A stretch of 64,000 bases of DNA, from contig CAWJQQ010000009.1 in the NCBI GenBank assembly GCA_963845065.1, positions 512,001 to 576,000 on the forward strand, given 5' to 3'. Shown here one piece after another: positions 21,242-31,624 of the stretch. The notes under the pieces are model-generated. The model ran no database searches. It was given only the letters and a program-made list of their open reading frames with translations, and was not told where the DNA came from. The position numbers and the translations under genes are program-made. The stretch comes from Nitrospirota bacterium (GTDB lineage Bacteria > Nitrospirota > UBA9217). Position 1 is the stretch's first letter. Each line of letters begins with the position of its first letter.

Positions 21242-21844
21242 TTGAGAAAAATCGGTCATAGTTTCTATAAGCGCGAAGCAGCCAGGCTTGCCCGTGACAT
21301 TATTGGGACAATCCTTGTTCATCGTGTTCGCGGCAAGGAGTACCGAGCGCGTATTGTGGAGGCGGAAGCCTATGTTGGTCCGCATGACCGCGCGTCGCAC
21401 TCATGCAGGGGCCGGACGAAGCGGACTGAAGTCATGTTCGGTCCCACGGGCCACGCATATGTCTACTTGATCTACGGGATGTACAAGATGTTCAATATTG
21501 TTTCGGGTCCAGCGGGCAGCGGTCAGGCTGTCCTCATCAGGGCAGCCGAACCGCTCTGTGACTGGAAGGTCGATCTCTCCGGCCCCGGAAAACTCACACG
21601 CGCATTCAAAATTACGCACTCATTCAACGGTCTAGACCTAACCACAGACAGGCTGTTCTTATTGCATGATCCCGATTACCGGCCGCGGATCATAAGGACC
21701 AAGAGAATCGGCGTTGATTATGCGAAAGAATGGAAGGATGCGTTGCTTCGTTTTGTCGATACTAAGAGTGCAGCCGTGTCCAGACAACGAGTTAAAAAGC
21801 AAGGGCGCAGCTCTTCGACCCGCCTTGTCGCACCTGCGGAATGA
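21242..21844 (+). CDS. DNA-3-methyladenine glycosylase (MPG/AAG family)
   Basis: IVEAEAY, YVYLIYGMY, AVLIRA, GPGKL, RIGV. Confidence 0.92.
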   Translation: MRKIGHSFYKREAARLARDIIGTILVHRVRGKEYRARIVEAEAYVGPHDRASHSCRGRTKRTEVMFGPTGHAYVYLIYGMYKMFNIVSGPAGSGQAVLIRAAEPLCDWKVDLSGPGKLTRAFKITHSFNGLDLTTDRLFLLHDPDYRPRIIRTKRIGVDYAKEWKDALLRFVDTKSAAVSRQRVKKQGRSSSTRLVAPAE

Positions 21845-22253
21845 TTTCCTTGATAGAATCTCCTGTCACCATGAGCAATTATGTTGTCCTAGACAATCTC
21901 GTCGGGATGATAATCAACAGCGTTCCACGGCATTTATCAATATCTCATCGGTGATTTGTCTCCCTGCGGTGTATGCTCACAATTTGCGTTCCCACCTTTG
22001 AAATGACTATGCGCAAGGTTCGAATGATGACATAGTGGAACTTCATTTGACAGCATGGCACTGAAAACCACAATTGGGCATAAGGACGGCGCCGATCCTC
22101 ACAATCTGAAAAAACGCAAGGTGATACTCACTATCTTGATTTGTGAACCGCAGAAGTTACGCTCCAAGACACATTTTTTGCTTGATTTATTTGCTGATGA
22201 CAGATATGTGGGTGGGGCTTCTCCGCCTTTGTGCAGGATGATGGGTGGCCATA

Positions 22254-22901
22254 TTAATTCTGCAATTCTTTTTGCCTCCGCAGGGCCTCTTGGTACTTCA
22301 CGTCATTTCCCGTGGCTTTATAGGCTTCGGCAAGATGACCCTGTGCTTCAGCAAGCAGGTCCCGCCTATCTTTAGGAAGTGTAGCTAAGGACTCATTCAA
22401 GGCCGATATCGCTTCTCCGGCATTGCCGAGTTTGAGCAGGAGTACGCCGAAGGTGTCGAGATAATAGGGCCGGTGATCAGGGTTGAGCGTTAAGGCACGG
22501 ATGATAAGTTCCCGTCCTTTTATGAGTTTCGCGCCCGTCTGAATGTATACCCAAGCGAGATTGTTGCAGGCATCGCCGTTCTTTGGATCAAGTCCTACGG
22601 CTTTTTTTAACGCCGATTCTGCGCCCGCGTAATCTTTCATCCTATACAACAGGTCTCCCAGGAGAAGTAGGGAGGGAACATGTTTTTTATCTTGTTTGAG
22701 CGCGTCCCGGTACTGTTCAAGGGCCAGATCCGGTTTACCCTGGGATTCATAAATGCCGCCAAGTTTGTCATGTTCCCCTGCAGAGAGCGGGTCATGAAGA
22801 ATGGTGATCCGCGGAATGGCACAGCCGGACAAAAAGAAGATCGCTGCAATGATGAGCGTCTCGCGACCGACAACGGCAAACAGTTGTTGAATACGTTTCA
22901 T
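22254..22901 (-). CDS. TPR-repeat lipoprotein
   Basis: LSGC lipobox; TPR helices, NNLAWVY, YLDTFG; GGAGG RBS before 22901. Confidence 0.85.
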   Translation of the reverse strand: MKRIQQLFAVVGRETLIIAAIFFLSGCAIPRITILHDPLSAGEHDKLGGIYESQGKPDLALEQYRDALKQDKKHVPSLLLLGDLLYRMKDYAGAESALKKAVGLDPKNGDACNNLAWVYIQTGAKLIKGRELIIRALTLNPDHRPYYLDTFGVLLLKLGNAGEAISALNESLATLPKDRRDLLAEAQGHLAEAYKATGNDVKYQEALRRQKELQN

Positions 22902-22909
22902 TGCCTCCC

Positions 22910-23542
22910 TTAGTCTTGCGACGTCCCCGGATGAGCAACAAGCATCCAGTTTCCGGCACGACCCCACTCCTGGAGAAATTGTTCATAGCTAATGACTCTC
23001 TGTGCCTGCACCCCGTCATGAGCGATGATGACAGCATCAACATCATCAAAACCGATCACGGTAACGTAGTGAGGCCGACGGTAGACACTGAAACCCAGAT
23101 CGATCAAACAGATTACCGGCACATCCTTTCTGACCTGCTCCTTAAGCGAATCAAGGGTTCCTGTCGAGGACACGGTTTCGAGTCCCTGTTCACGAAGAAA
23201 ACTTTCCATATCCATGGGAAGCGTGCCGCGAAGTTGTGGAAGATAAACTTTGGCTATGACTTGATCCATGCTCACCTTTTTGCCCCAATAGGAGGCAACG
23301 GAAGCAAGTGCGGCAGGTCCACAGGAGTCGTCCTTCTGTTTAAAAAAAAGGACGCCGTTGATATAATGCCCCTCTTTGTCCAAGCCTGGTTGGAGAGATG
23401 CAAAGCTTTTTTCTGAACATCCCGCAGAAAGCATTATGAACAAGATAGCGAATACGAAGAGAAAAAGACGGCTCATCATCTTCTTCATCTTCTTGTCATG
23501 GCTAATAACGAGAGGAATCAATGATGGAATCGATATAATCAT
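22910..23542 (-). CDS. PA2778-like C39 cysteine peptidase lipoprotein
   Basis: SAGC lipobox; Q-x4-CGPAALA, VYLPQLRGTL, HYVTVIGFD; ATGA-coupled to the upstream gene. Confidence 0.85.
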   Translation of the reverse strand: MIISIPSLIPLVISHDKKMKKMMSRLFLFVFAILFIMLSAGCSEKSFASLQPGLDKEGHYINGVLFFKQKDDSCGPAALASVASYWGKKVSMDQVIAKVYLPQLRGTLPMDMESFLREQGLETVSSTGTLDSLKEQVRKDVPVICLIDLGFSVYRRPHYVTVIGFDDVDAVIIAHDGVQAQRVISYEQFLQEWGRAGNWMLVAHPGTSQD

Positions 23543-23967
23543 CTACTCCGGATCTCAATGCGCCCCTGCAGAAGGAACACGAGGACTACAACGAGCAAGG
23601 CGACGGCTATGAGGCCGAAAAACAAATCAACCCCGTCGCTACCTGCCTGGAGCGAGTCCGTATGGGTTGCGAGCACATGGATCTGCTCATCGGAAAGTTT
23701 ATTAACGCGCGTCATGGCATCTGCAGGCGACAGCCCGTAATCCCTAAGTTTCTGCTGGACAATCTTGGATTCAATAGCTGCTTGGATTCTGGCAAAGTCC
23801 GCTGCCCGTTCGAGAGATCTTCCCGTCTGATCAGCCATTTCATGATAGGGAGCAGCAGAAACATACATAGCTTCAGCAGGCCCCGCGAACGTTGAGATCG
23901 CGATCAACGCCATAATCACATACAGAGCGAGCGGTTTTGCGTAGAATGATTTCTGGATGTTTTTCAT
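23539..23967 (-). CDS. PA2779 family protein (copy 2)
   Basis: Signal peptide, QQKLRDYGLSPADAMTRVNKLSDEQI, LQAGSDG, C-terminal TM helix. Confidence 0.85.
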   Translation of the reverse strand: MKNIQKSFYAKPLALYVIMALIAISTFAGPAEAMYVSAAPYHEMADQTGRSLERAADFARIQAAIESKIVQQKLRDYGLSPADAMTRVNKLSDEQIHVLATHTDSLQAGSDGVDLFFGLIAVALLVVVLVFLLQGRIEIRSR

Positions 23968-24006
23968 CTTTTATCACCACCTCCTGACTTCTTTTGGGTG
24001 AACCGC

Positions 24007-24396
24007 TCACCTGACCACGACGCGATGGCCAGTAGCCTCGAGAACGATGATCGTGATGACTGCCACAATGAGGAGAAAGATCAAAAAATCCAGTCCTCCA
24101 TCTGCCCCTGCCTGGAGCGAATCGAGCTGCGAAGCGAAATGATGAATTTGCTCATCGGAAAGAGTATCGATCCTCGCCACGGCTTCTTGTGGAGAAAGTC
24201 CGAAATCTATGAGGCGCTGCTTGATCATAGTCGATTCAAGGGATTTTCGGATTGATGTCATATCAGCTTGTCGTGTTGTGGCGTCCTGATCGATTGGTAG
24301 GAACATGGCCCATCCCTGGCTAGGAAAAGAAATAAGCACTGTTGCTAATACGAGATATAGAGACAACAGCTTCAGGAACGAATTCTTGGACATCAT
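24007..24396 (-). CDS. PA2779 family protein (copy 1)
   Basis: Signal peptide, KQRLIDFGLSPQEAVARIDTLSDEQI, LQAGADGG, C-terminal TM helix. Confidence 0.85.
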   Translation of the reverse strand: MMSKNSFLKLLSLYLVLATVLISFPSQGWAMFLPIDQDATTRQADMTSIRKSLESTMIKQRLIDFGLSPQEAVARIDTLSDEQIHHFASQLDSLQAGADGGLDFLIFLLIVAVITIIVLEATGHRVVVR

Positions 24397-24771
24397 GGTC
24401 CACTCCTTTTCTGATGTTTCCCGTTTCGTAATTGTTAGCGGAGGACTTTAAAAAGGAACTTCTGCCTACAATTTCAGGGAATAATAATTTATCATATTTA
24501 CGTACTTATATTTTAGCACATTGCAGCAGCTCAAAGGGTAGCGTTGATGAAATATCAACTCCATCGAGTAGTCGCTGTATTCAAACACTTATCCGAAACG
24601 GGCGTTAGATAAAATAAAAAATATCCCTATTGGTTCGGGTTAAGACACTTACAACATACTAGCGACCAGAAGGTCGGCCATTTAGATAAGACACATTATT
24701 ACCCGTTGGTTGAACGAGGCATTCATGGAGCATACGAAAAAATCTTTAAGGAAAAAAAGGCAAGTGTGATC

Positions 24772-24914
24772 TTTATAAAACCTGTCCTTGAATACCCAGC
24801 AGTTCTACTGCTGGGATGAAAAGGACAATCCTGACGAAGTCAGGATAAGAATCTGATTGGTTTTAGGTTTTATCGGTTTTGATGCCCCGCAGCTCTGCTG
24901 CGGGGTAATTCACT
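24772..24914 (+). mobile_element. 143-bp palindrome-rich non-autonomous IS200/IS605-type element, copy 1
   Basis: Matches 30564-30706 at all but two positions; begins TTTAT and ends TTCAC(T); three hairpins. Confidence 0.85.
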
Positions 24915-25114
24915 ACCTAGGTGGAGGCATCTTTTACCCACATTCCTGGTACGAACGTATTACGTGCATGCATGCTTGTTCTGTTTCGCCCGTAATAAAC
25001 GGTACAACGACGTTCGACTAAAATATTTGATATTATTTCTCCAAGGGCAATTATCATAAAAGAATCAGGGTTACAACAATCACTTGCAGGCAGTTTGGTT
25101 GAAAGGAGAATGGT

Positions 25115-26170
25115 ATGCGTTATCGCCTATTAGGGAAAACCGGAGTCTATGTTTCTGAACTGAGCTTGGGGACCATGACATTCGCAGGGAAAGGGTTCTG
25201 GGAAGTCATCGGCAAATTGAGCGCGTCGCAGGCTGAATCGTTTATCGGTACTGCTCTTGATGCCGGAGTAAACATGATCGATACCGCGGACGTTTATTCC
25301 CAAGGAGAGTCGGAAAAATGTGTTGGCGCTGCGCTTGCGTCACTAGGCAGGCCACGCGACCAGATTCTAGTAGCGACAAAGGTCCGTGGAAGGATGGGTT
25401 CGGGGCCGAATGAAATGGGTCTATCGCGCAAACATATCCTGGATTCCATTGACGCCAGTCTGAAGAGACTCAAACTGGGCTATATCGATCTCTACCAGAT
25501 TCACGGTGCAGACTTGAGCACACCCATCGAAGAGACCATGCGTGCGCTCGACGACGTTGTGCGCAGCGGCAAAGTGCGCTATATTGGTTATTGCAATTTG
25601 ACTGCATGGCAGGCTATGAAAGCGGTCGCTTTTTCCGACGTGCATGATCTGGCGCGTTTTGTGAGCGCGCAGATGTACTACTCGATCGCGAGCCGCGATA
25701 TCGAGCGGGAGGTAGTGCCTCTTGCAAAGGACCAGGGGCTTGCTCTATTCCCCTGGAGCCCGCTTGCAGGCGGCTTGCTTTCCGGAAAGTTTGACCTAGT
25801 GGGTCCCGGTCCTGAGGGCGCGCGGCGTACATCATTTGATTTCCCACCTGTGGACCGCGATCGGGCAAAGAACATTCTTAATGCGATGCACACCGTTAAA
25901 CTGGCCACGGGAATTTCCATAGCGCGGATAGCCCTTGCCTGGCTCCTGACACGCCCTTTCGTCACTAGCGTAATCATCGGAGCGAAGACACAAGAACAGC
26001 TCATCGACAATCTTGGAGCTGTCGATGTGAAACTTACCCCGGAGCAGGTTGACCAACTTGATGAGGCGAGCGCCTTACCGGCTGAATATCCGGGCTGGAT
26101 GATCGAGCGGCAGGATCGTGACCGACGGCTTGAACCGGCAGCCAAGGGCGACGCTAAGAAAGCAGCGTAG
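25115..26170 (+). CDS. Aldo/keto reductase
   Basis: LGTMTF, DTADVY, VATKV, IDLYQIH, PWSPLAGGLLSGK. Confidence 0.95.
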   Translation: MRYRLLGKTGVYVSELSLGTMTFAGKGFWEVIGKLSASQAESFIGTALDAGVNMIDTADVYSQGESEKCVGAALASLGRPRDQILVATKVRGRMGSGPNEMGLSRKHILDSIDASLKRLKLGYIDLYQIHGADLSTPIEETMRALDDVVRSGKVRYIGYCNLTAWQAMKAVAFSDVHDLARFVSAQMYYSIASRDIEREVVPLAKDQGLALFPWSPLAGGLLSGKFDLVGPGPEGARRTSFDFPPVDRDRAKNILNAMHTVKLATGISIARIALAWLLTRPFVTSVIIGAKTQEQLIDNLGAVDVKLTPEQVDQLDEASALPAEYPGWMIERQDRDRRLEPAAKGDAKKAA

Positions 26171-26303
26171 AATCGATAATTCTTTCACAGAGGCACGGTG
26201 AAGCAGAGAAATGCGACTTTCTGTATTTTTACTATTTTCTCACAATTCTCCAGACCTCTTTGGATAAGAGTTCGCACGTTTTACTATATCTGGAGGGATA
26301 ACC

Positions 26304-27278
26304 ATGAAAGCCATCATGATTTCGAGCTTTGGCGATGCGAGCGTGCTAAAACGCTCGGAAACAGTGCCGAAGCCCATGCTGGGAACCGGGCAGGCATTAG
26401 TGAAGATCCACGCGGCAGGCGTAAACTTTGTCGATATTTACCAGCGACGGGGAACATATCCCGTAATGCTACCTTTTATCCCCGGTTTGGAGGCATCGGG
26501 CGTTATTGAGGCAGTTAGTGATAAACTCTCAGGACTTCAGGTAGGCGATCACGTCGCGTATACTGGACATCTCGGGAGTTACAGTGAGTATACAGTGATT
26601 GATGCAAACCGGTTAATCCGTCTGCCGGCTGGGCTTACCTTTGAACAGGGTGCTGCTTTTCCACTTCAGGGGATGACCGCGCATTACCTGATTCATGAGT
26701 TTCGCAGGCCAAAGCCGGGAGATACGGTTCTGATCCATGCAGCCGCAGGGGGCGTGGGACTTCTATTGGTCCAATGGGCGAAGCACTTCGGAGCAACGGT
26801 TATTGGAACGGTGTCTACAGAAGAGAAGGCGCGTATTGCCAAAGAAGCTGGCGCAGACCATGTGGTCCTTTATACGATGCAAGATTTTGTAAGTGAAACG
26901 AAACACCTTACCAACGGCCGGGGCGTAGAGCTTATCCTCGACGGCGTGGCAAAGGCAACTTTTAACGGCGATCTGGAAGCAGTGGCCCTCCGTGGGCATG
27001 TTGTGGTTTTCGGGTCCGCAAGCGGCCCAGCCGACCCCCTTATGCCCAACTCGCTGGGAACAAAATCGATCTCCGTGTCTGGTGGATCGCTGGTTAATTT
27101 TGTTGCAACTCGAGAGGATCTGGTTCGACGATCGACTGATGTTCTAAACGCCATCAAAGAAGGTTGGCTCAAATTGCGTGTCGATTATGTGCTCCCGCTG
27201 GCTGAGGCGGAGAAGGCGCACCGATTGCTTGAAGGACGGCAGACCGTTGGCAAGATCGTGCTGAAAGTGGCTGATTGA
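26304..27278 (+). CDS. qor: NADPH:quinone oxidoreductase (MDR / zeta-crystallin family)
   Basis: AAGVNFVD, PGLEASG, HAAAGGVG, AHRLLEGRQTVGKIVL. Confidence 0.9.
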   Translation: MKAIMISSFGDASVLKRSETVPKPMLGTGQALVKIHAAGVNFVDIYQRRGTYPVMLPFIPGLEASGVIEAVSDKLSGLQVGDHVAYTGHLGSYSEYTVIDANRLIRLPAGLTFEQGAAFPLQGMTAHYLIHEFRRPKPGDTVLIHAAAGGVGLLLVQWAKHFGATVIGTVSTEEKARIAKEAGADHVVLYTMQDFVSETKHLTNGRGVELILDGVAKATFNGDLEAVALRGHVVVFGSASGPADPLMPNSLGTKSISVSGGSLVNFVATREDLVRRSTDVLNAIKEGWLKLRVDYVLPLAEAEKAHRLLEGRQTVGKIVLKVAD

Positions 27279-27529
27279 CTTAGAGCAAAGGTATTTTTTA
27301 CGCCATCGGGGTAAGGCTTTACCAACAGCTGCCTACGACGCCGGAGGGATTTGGGGACGCCGTCAAGAAAACGTAGCCCAGGAGCCACAGAAAGAATGTA
27401 ATCACGGATAATCTAAAGAAGAAAGGCAAAACGCTAATTCAGCGGAACGGTGAGACATCATCCATCTTGAATGTCTGATTTGCCATTTTAACTTGTTTGC
27501 CCCTTACCGGGAAAGACCTTTTTTAGACG

Positions 27530-27614
27530 AATGGACAAGGCTGCCCTGAGCGAAGCGGAATCGGAATCGCCTCTGCTTAAGCCAGATGCCACGGCATTTA
27601 GCATGAGTAGTTCA
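27530..27614 (+). mobile_element. Orphan IS200/IS605 right-end remnant
   Basis: CGAAGC...GAATCGC..TGCTT...CCACGG..TTAGC...GTAGTTCA aligns by eye with 7638-7702. Confidence 0.5.
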
Positions 27615-27675
27615 TATGGATTAACACTTCGGTTTTTTAGGAGTCTAAAAAAAGCGGACAGCGAACAGTTTCGGT

Positions 27676-28983
27676 TCACTCTTCATGATCACTCTTGCCG
27701 ATTGGCTTCCAGTTGATGCCGGAGAGCCGTGCGATCAGTGTATTCAAAAATACTTTGGTAAACTTCAACTGGCAGTATACGGAGGTTCCTTCAAGCATTT
27801 CATGGCTGATCTTGAGGGTCGTCACATCGCCCCCGGCCTCGATGCTGGCGGTGCGTGGTCTCTTTGAAGTATATGCCATTTCTCCGAAGCAATCGCCGGC
27901 CCGCAATGTTGTTATGAATTTCCCTCCTAGCATCACCGAGACCTCACCACCTACGATCACATAGAAGGAATCATCGAGGTCTCCCTCGGATATAATTACC
28001 TGTCCGGCAGAATATTCACGCCACTCGCCTGCGTTTATGACCTCTGACAGTTCGATTTCGAAAAAATCCTTGAAGAACTGCAGCCTCTTAATCCTCTCAA
28101 GCTTCTCCCGCATGTTCACATCGGTAGTTACGACGACATGAACGAGTTTTTTGTGAATTGCATTCAGGTCCGCGGCCATGTCGGCAGCGCTCTGGTACCG
28201 GTCCTTCAGGTTCTTGGATAATGCCTTTTTAACGATTGGCTCAAGCATGTCTGGCACGTCGGGGCGATACTGCCTGAGTGTCGGAGCCTCGTTCTCCATG
28301 ATCTGCTCGAGCAGGTCAAGCAGGCTTTTGCTTAAGAACGGGCGATGCCCGGTCAACAGGCCATACATGACCACACCGAGCGAATAGATGTCGGCCTGGT
28401 GGTTCACCGGCTCTCTCCGAAGACGTTCAGGTGAAATGTGCGTCGGTGTGCCCAGGAGATGTTCGAGGTGCAAATAATCGGTATCCGGATGAAGTATCTT
28501 TGCAAGCCCGAAGTCGGCCAATTTTACCGTGTCGTCGGGAGTCAGCATGATATTGCCGGGTTTGATGTCTAGATGAATTACACTGCGTGAGTGTGCATAC
28601 TGAAGCCCTTTGCAGCATTGGTACAGGAGCTCCACTGCCTTCGGTACTGGCATGAGGTTGTCAGGTCGGCAGTAGAGGAACAGGGTTCTGCTGTTCTCGA
28701 TGTATTCCATAACGAGGTAGTACAGGTCCCCGTCCTGTCCGGCGTCGTAAACGGGGAGAATGTTCCGGTGATCAAGCATCCCATATATCTGTGCCTCGGT
28801 AAAGAAGAGTTCCATGAGTCGCCGCCGGATTTTATCATCGGCCAGCGACTTCAGGTCTGTGACCTTAATGGCCACGTTCCTCTGCATATAAGGGTCATAG
28901 GCCCGGTAGACCGTGCCCATGCTGCCCTTGCCGACCTCTTCAATCACACGGAATTTCCCTATTTTTGACGGTGCTTCACTCAT
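27676..28983 (-). CDS. Hanks-type Ser/Thr protein kinase with C-terminal cyclic-nucleotide-binding domain
   Basis: GKGSMG, VAIK, HLDIKPGN, DFG, DIYSLG; GDCFGEMA...RTAS cNMP motif. Confidence 0.93.
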   Translation of the reverse strand: MSEAPSKIGKFRVIEEVGKGSMGTVYRAYDPYMQRNVAIKVTDLKSLADDKIRRRLMELFFTEAQIYGMLDHRNILPVYDAGQDGDLYYLVMEYIENSRTLFLYCRPDNLMPVPKAVELLYQCCKGLQYAHSRSVIHLDIKPGNIMLTPDDTVKLADFGLAKILHPDTDYLHLEHLLGTPTHISPERLRREPVNHQADIYSLGVVMYGLLTGHRPFLSKSLLDLLEQIMENEAPTLRQYRPDVPDMLEPIVKKALSKNLKDRYQSAADMAADLNAIHKKLVHVVVTTDVNMREKLERIKRLQFFKDFFEIELSEVINAGEWREYSAGQVIISEGDLDDSFYVIVGGEVSVMLGGKFITTLRAGDCFGEMAYTSKRPRTASIEAGGDVTTLKISHEMLEGTSVYCQLKFTKVFLNTLIARLSGINWKPIGKSDHEE

Positions 28984-29630
28984 GATTTATCACTCTTACC
29001 AAGAACACCCCATCCAAAGTGTGTATTGGTTGTAGGATGAATTGGTGGATTTTAATTTACCCATAAATGACATCTGAACAAAAATATAGTATAGTAAATT
29101 GCAGAGGTCTTCACATCCGCTTCATGGCAAATCCTACCTTAAAATAGATCAACAACAAGGTGCCACTTCATGCTCTACTAAAAGGGAATGAAAATGTACA
29201 GCGCCGCTCTGTTCCTATAGAAAAAACAATGATGAATCTGGATATTTTGCTAGCCGGTAGGCTTCGGCATGTCCTTGTCATCCGGGTGGAGTTTCTGGCG
29301 GCAGCCAATGCCTTTGTAGATGCCGTATTCCTTCCGGAGCCGCTAAAAAACAATAGAACCTGCAAGGAAATGCTATCCATCCTGACTATTGACCAGAAAG
29401 ACATCGGTAAAGGTCTTAAAAAGGCGAATGTGGAAAAGACTCGGCTGGCCGTTCCTGGTGCAATTGCCCAAGTAGAAGGTAAATACTTTAATCGTTATAT
29501 ATGGGTAGAGCATGACGTTATATTTTCCCATTAAAATATAGGAAATATTTTCTTCAAGACAATCCAAATAGGAACCTCCTGGAAAGAATTAGTTTATGCG
29601 AGAACTAAATTCAAAAGGTAGAAGGTTTCT

Positions 29631-29800
29631 ATGAATAATATTGATGATATCAGACTTGAGCAGTTTCATCAACTGAAGAAAGAGATTCGTGGCTCAAAGA
29701 AGTATTTGATCGTCGGTATTGATGCAGCCAAGGAAAAGCGCAAGGCATAGTTCGGCACGGTGCGCGGTAGAACGCTAATTTAGAATCTGGTTTTTGTTAT
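29631..29800 (+). pseudogene. IS110-family transposase N-terminal remnant
   Basis: MNNIDDIRLEQFHQLKKEIRGSKKYLIVGIDAAKEK with in-frame TAG at 29748 and 29781; VGID-x-AK is the first DEDD motif. Confidence 0.7.
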
Positions 29801-30563
29801 ACCACAAATTCTTTCTGCTGCTTCATCATGTTCTGAAAATGAAGCAACTTCGGCTGTTGCTCCATAAGAAAATCGCTGTCGTCAAGAGATCGTGGTTAGG
29901 GTTTCTCTCTAATCAGGAAACCCTGCTAGCCAAAGAATGCCACGCAGCAATAGTACGTGAAGATTTGACTTTCTGACAAAAGAAAGACGTTCATCCGGTT
30001 ACAAGGTCCGTACATGCAACAAAATTGATTAATAATAGATAGAAAGGGCAGCATCTTCATCGGACATAGTATATATTTCGATGGGATGTATCCCAGAACT
30101 GATTATCCCGAACTATTACACGTCTACTGCCTGTACGGTCAATTCCTTGGTCGACGCCAGTATGCGATAAGGAGAAATATTTTATTGTCCGCGTTGCAAA
30201 GTCAAAGAACATGATGTGGACACAATTGGTAATTATCTTTTGCTGTGCACCTCCCCGGTGCAACAAATGACACTGCGTCTTTCAAAGGGTCAGCTATCCG
30301 CAAGGAACTGCCCTATTGGGAGCTCCAATTTGGATATGGGAGCATTCATGAACATGAAAAACAAACTATTGGGGACGTCGTTATGGACGTTCAGTTGTAT
30401 ATCTCTTCTGCCAATTTTATAAACGCCTATGCGTTGCAGTAAGTGGGTCACTCCATCGCACTACGTAATTTCTACGATAATAACGACAATTAACTCAAAA
30501 GTGCACGCTACTAACGTAGCCCGAAGGGGACTTTCTCTCCGCCGGCAAGTTTGTTAAGGCTTA

Positions 30564-30706
30564 TTTATAAAACCTGTCCTTGAATACCCAGCAGTTCTAC
30601 TGCTGGGATGAACAGGACAATCCTGACGAAGTCAGGATAAGAATCTGATTGGTTTTAGGTTCTATCGGTTTTGATGCCCCGCAGCTCTGCTGCGGGGTAA
30701 TTCACT
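30564..30706 (+). mobile_element. 143-bp palindrome-rich non-autonomous IS200/IS605-type element, copy 2
   Basis: Near-identical to 24772-24914. Confidence 0.85.
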
Positions 30707-30764
30707 TTTGCTCACTTCTTTACCGATATTGGCCATAATTCGCCGGTATGTAGTATTTTGGTTT

Positions 30765-31524
30765 TGACCACTCCCCATAGTTAAAACTAGGGGGTTCTGA
30801 CTGCAATACCGACAGTCTCTCTGGCAACAACGCAAACATTGCCGGCCTCGATTGTCGTTGATCCGTCTTTGACGGGCGAGCTGCTCTGTCTCCGGTCTGC
30901 GCTTGTACTTACCTTCATTGCTCGCGCGAGACCGAAGCTGGCCGGATGAATCCGACCCATTGCCGCTTCCTGTTGCAGCCTCAACACCGCCCGTTCCAGG
31001 AGCAGGTTTGCACCCGGCCAGGCTACTAGAGCCTGGCGCGTGTTGAGGACATCGTTCAAAACGTACTTTGCGATAAATGCGGAATACAGATCGCGCTATG
31101 CATCCACACCACATGCGCAAACGTGTTGCCGCTTTGAGAGGGGCTTCTTTTTAACTTCACCGCAGTGGCATGTCTCTGAAAGTTTCGTGCTCTGGGTAGG
31201 GAATTCGATTATCTGGCCGCCAGCGTTTTCGGCTTTGCGGCGAAGCATCAAAATAAACATACCCGGAGCTCGTCTTGATACGCTTTTGCCAAATGTTCTT
31301 TGAAAGGCTTCGTACGAAAATTTCTCGGTTTTAATGTTAGTCCCGAGCTTAAGAATCTCATTGGCAAGCTTTCCATGAGATCGTTTTCTCGTTGCAGCGA
31401 GGACCCGCTTAAGCTCTGCAAACACAGCTTAGAGCGCGGTATTGAGTGGAGAAGACCCACTGCTTTTTGCCGGACTTGATTGTGCCGTTCTCGTTGTAGT
31501 TATCTGGATTAGTGGCTCTAAGAC
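30765..31524 (-). mobile_element. tnpB: 5'-truncated second copy of the tnpB element at 16282-17830
   Basis: Inverted, highly similar to 17076-17830; same right end GGGGAGTGGTCA; in-frame TAG at 31096-31098. Confidence 0.9.
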
Positions 31525-31624
31525 CGCGTGAGATAAAGCAGACGCCGGAACAGACTATCATTAACACTCATGGCGTGCCGAGAACAATGATAAGGGAGAC
31601 AAAAAAAGCTTTCTCATTTTAGAA

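Noticed and set aside
29160..29567. 124-aa plus-strand ORF and overlapping minus-strand ORFs
   Set aside because: No RBS or family motif recognised; possibly a decayed gene, and the strand cannot be determined
30662..31120. 152-aa ORF (and its 112-aa twin at 17476-17814) as a repeated gene
   Set aside because: Alternative frame of the duplicated tnpB 3' region
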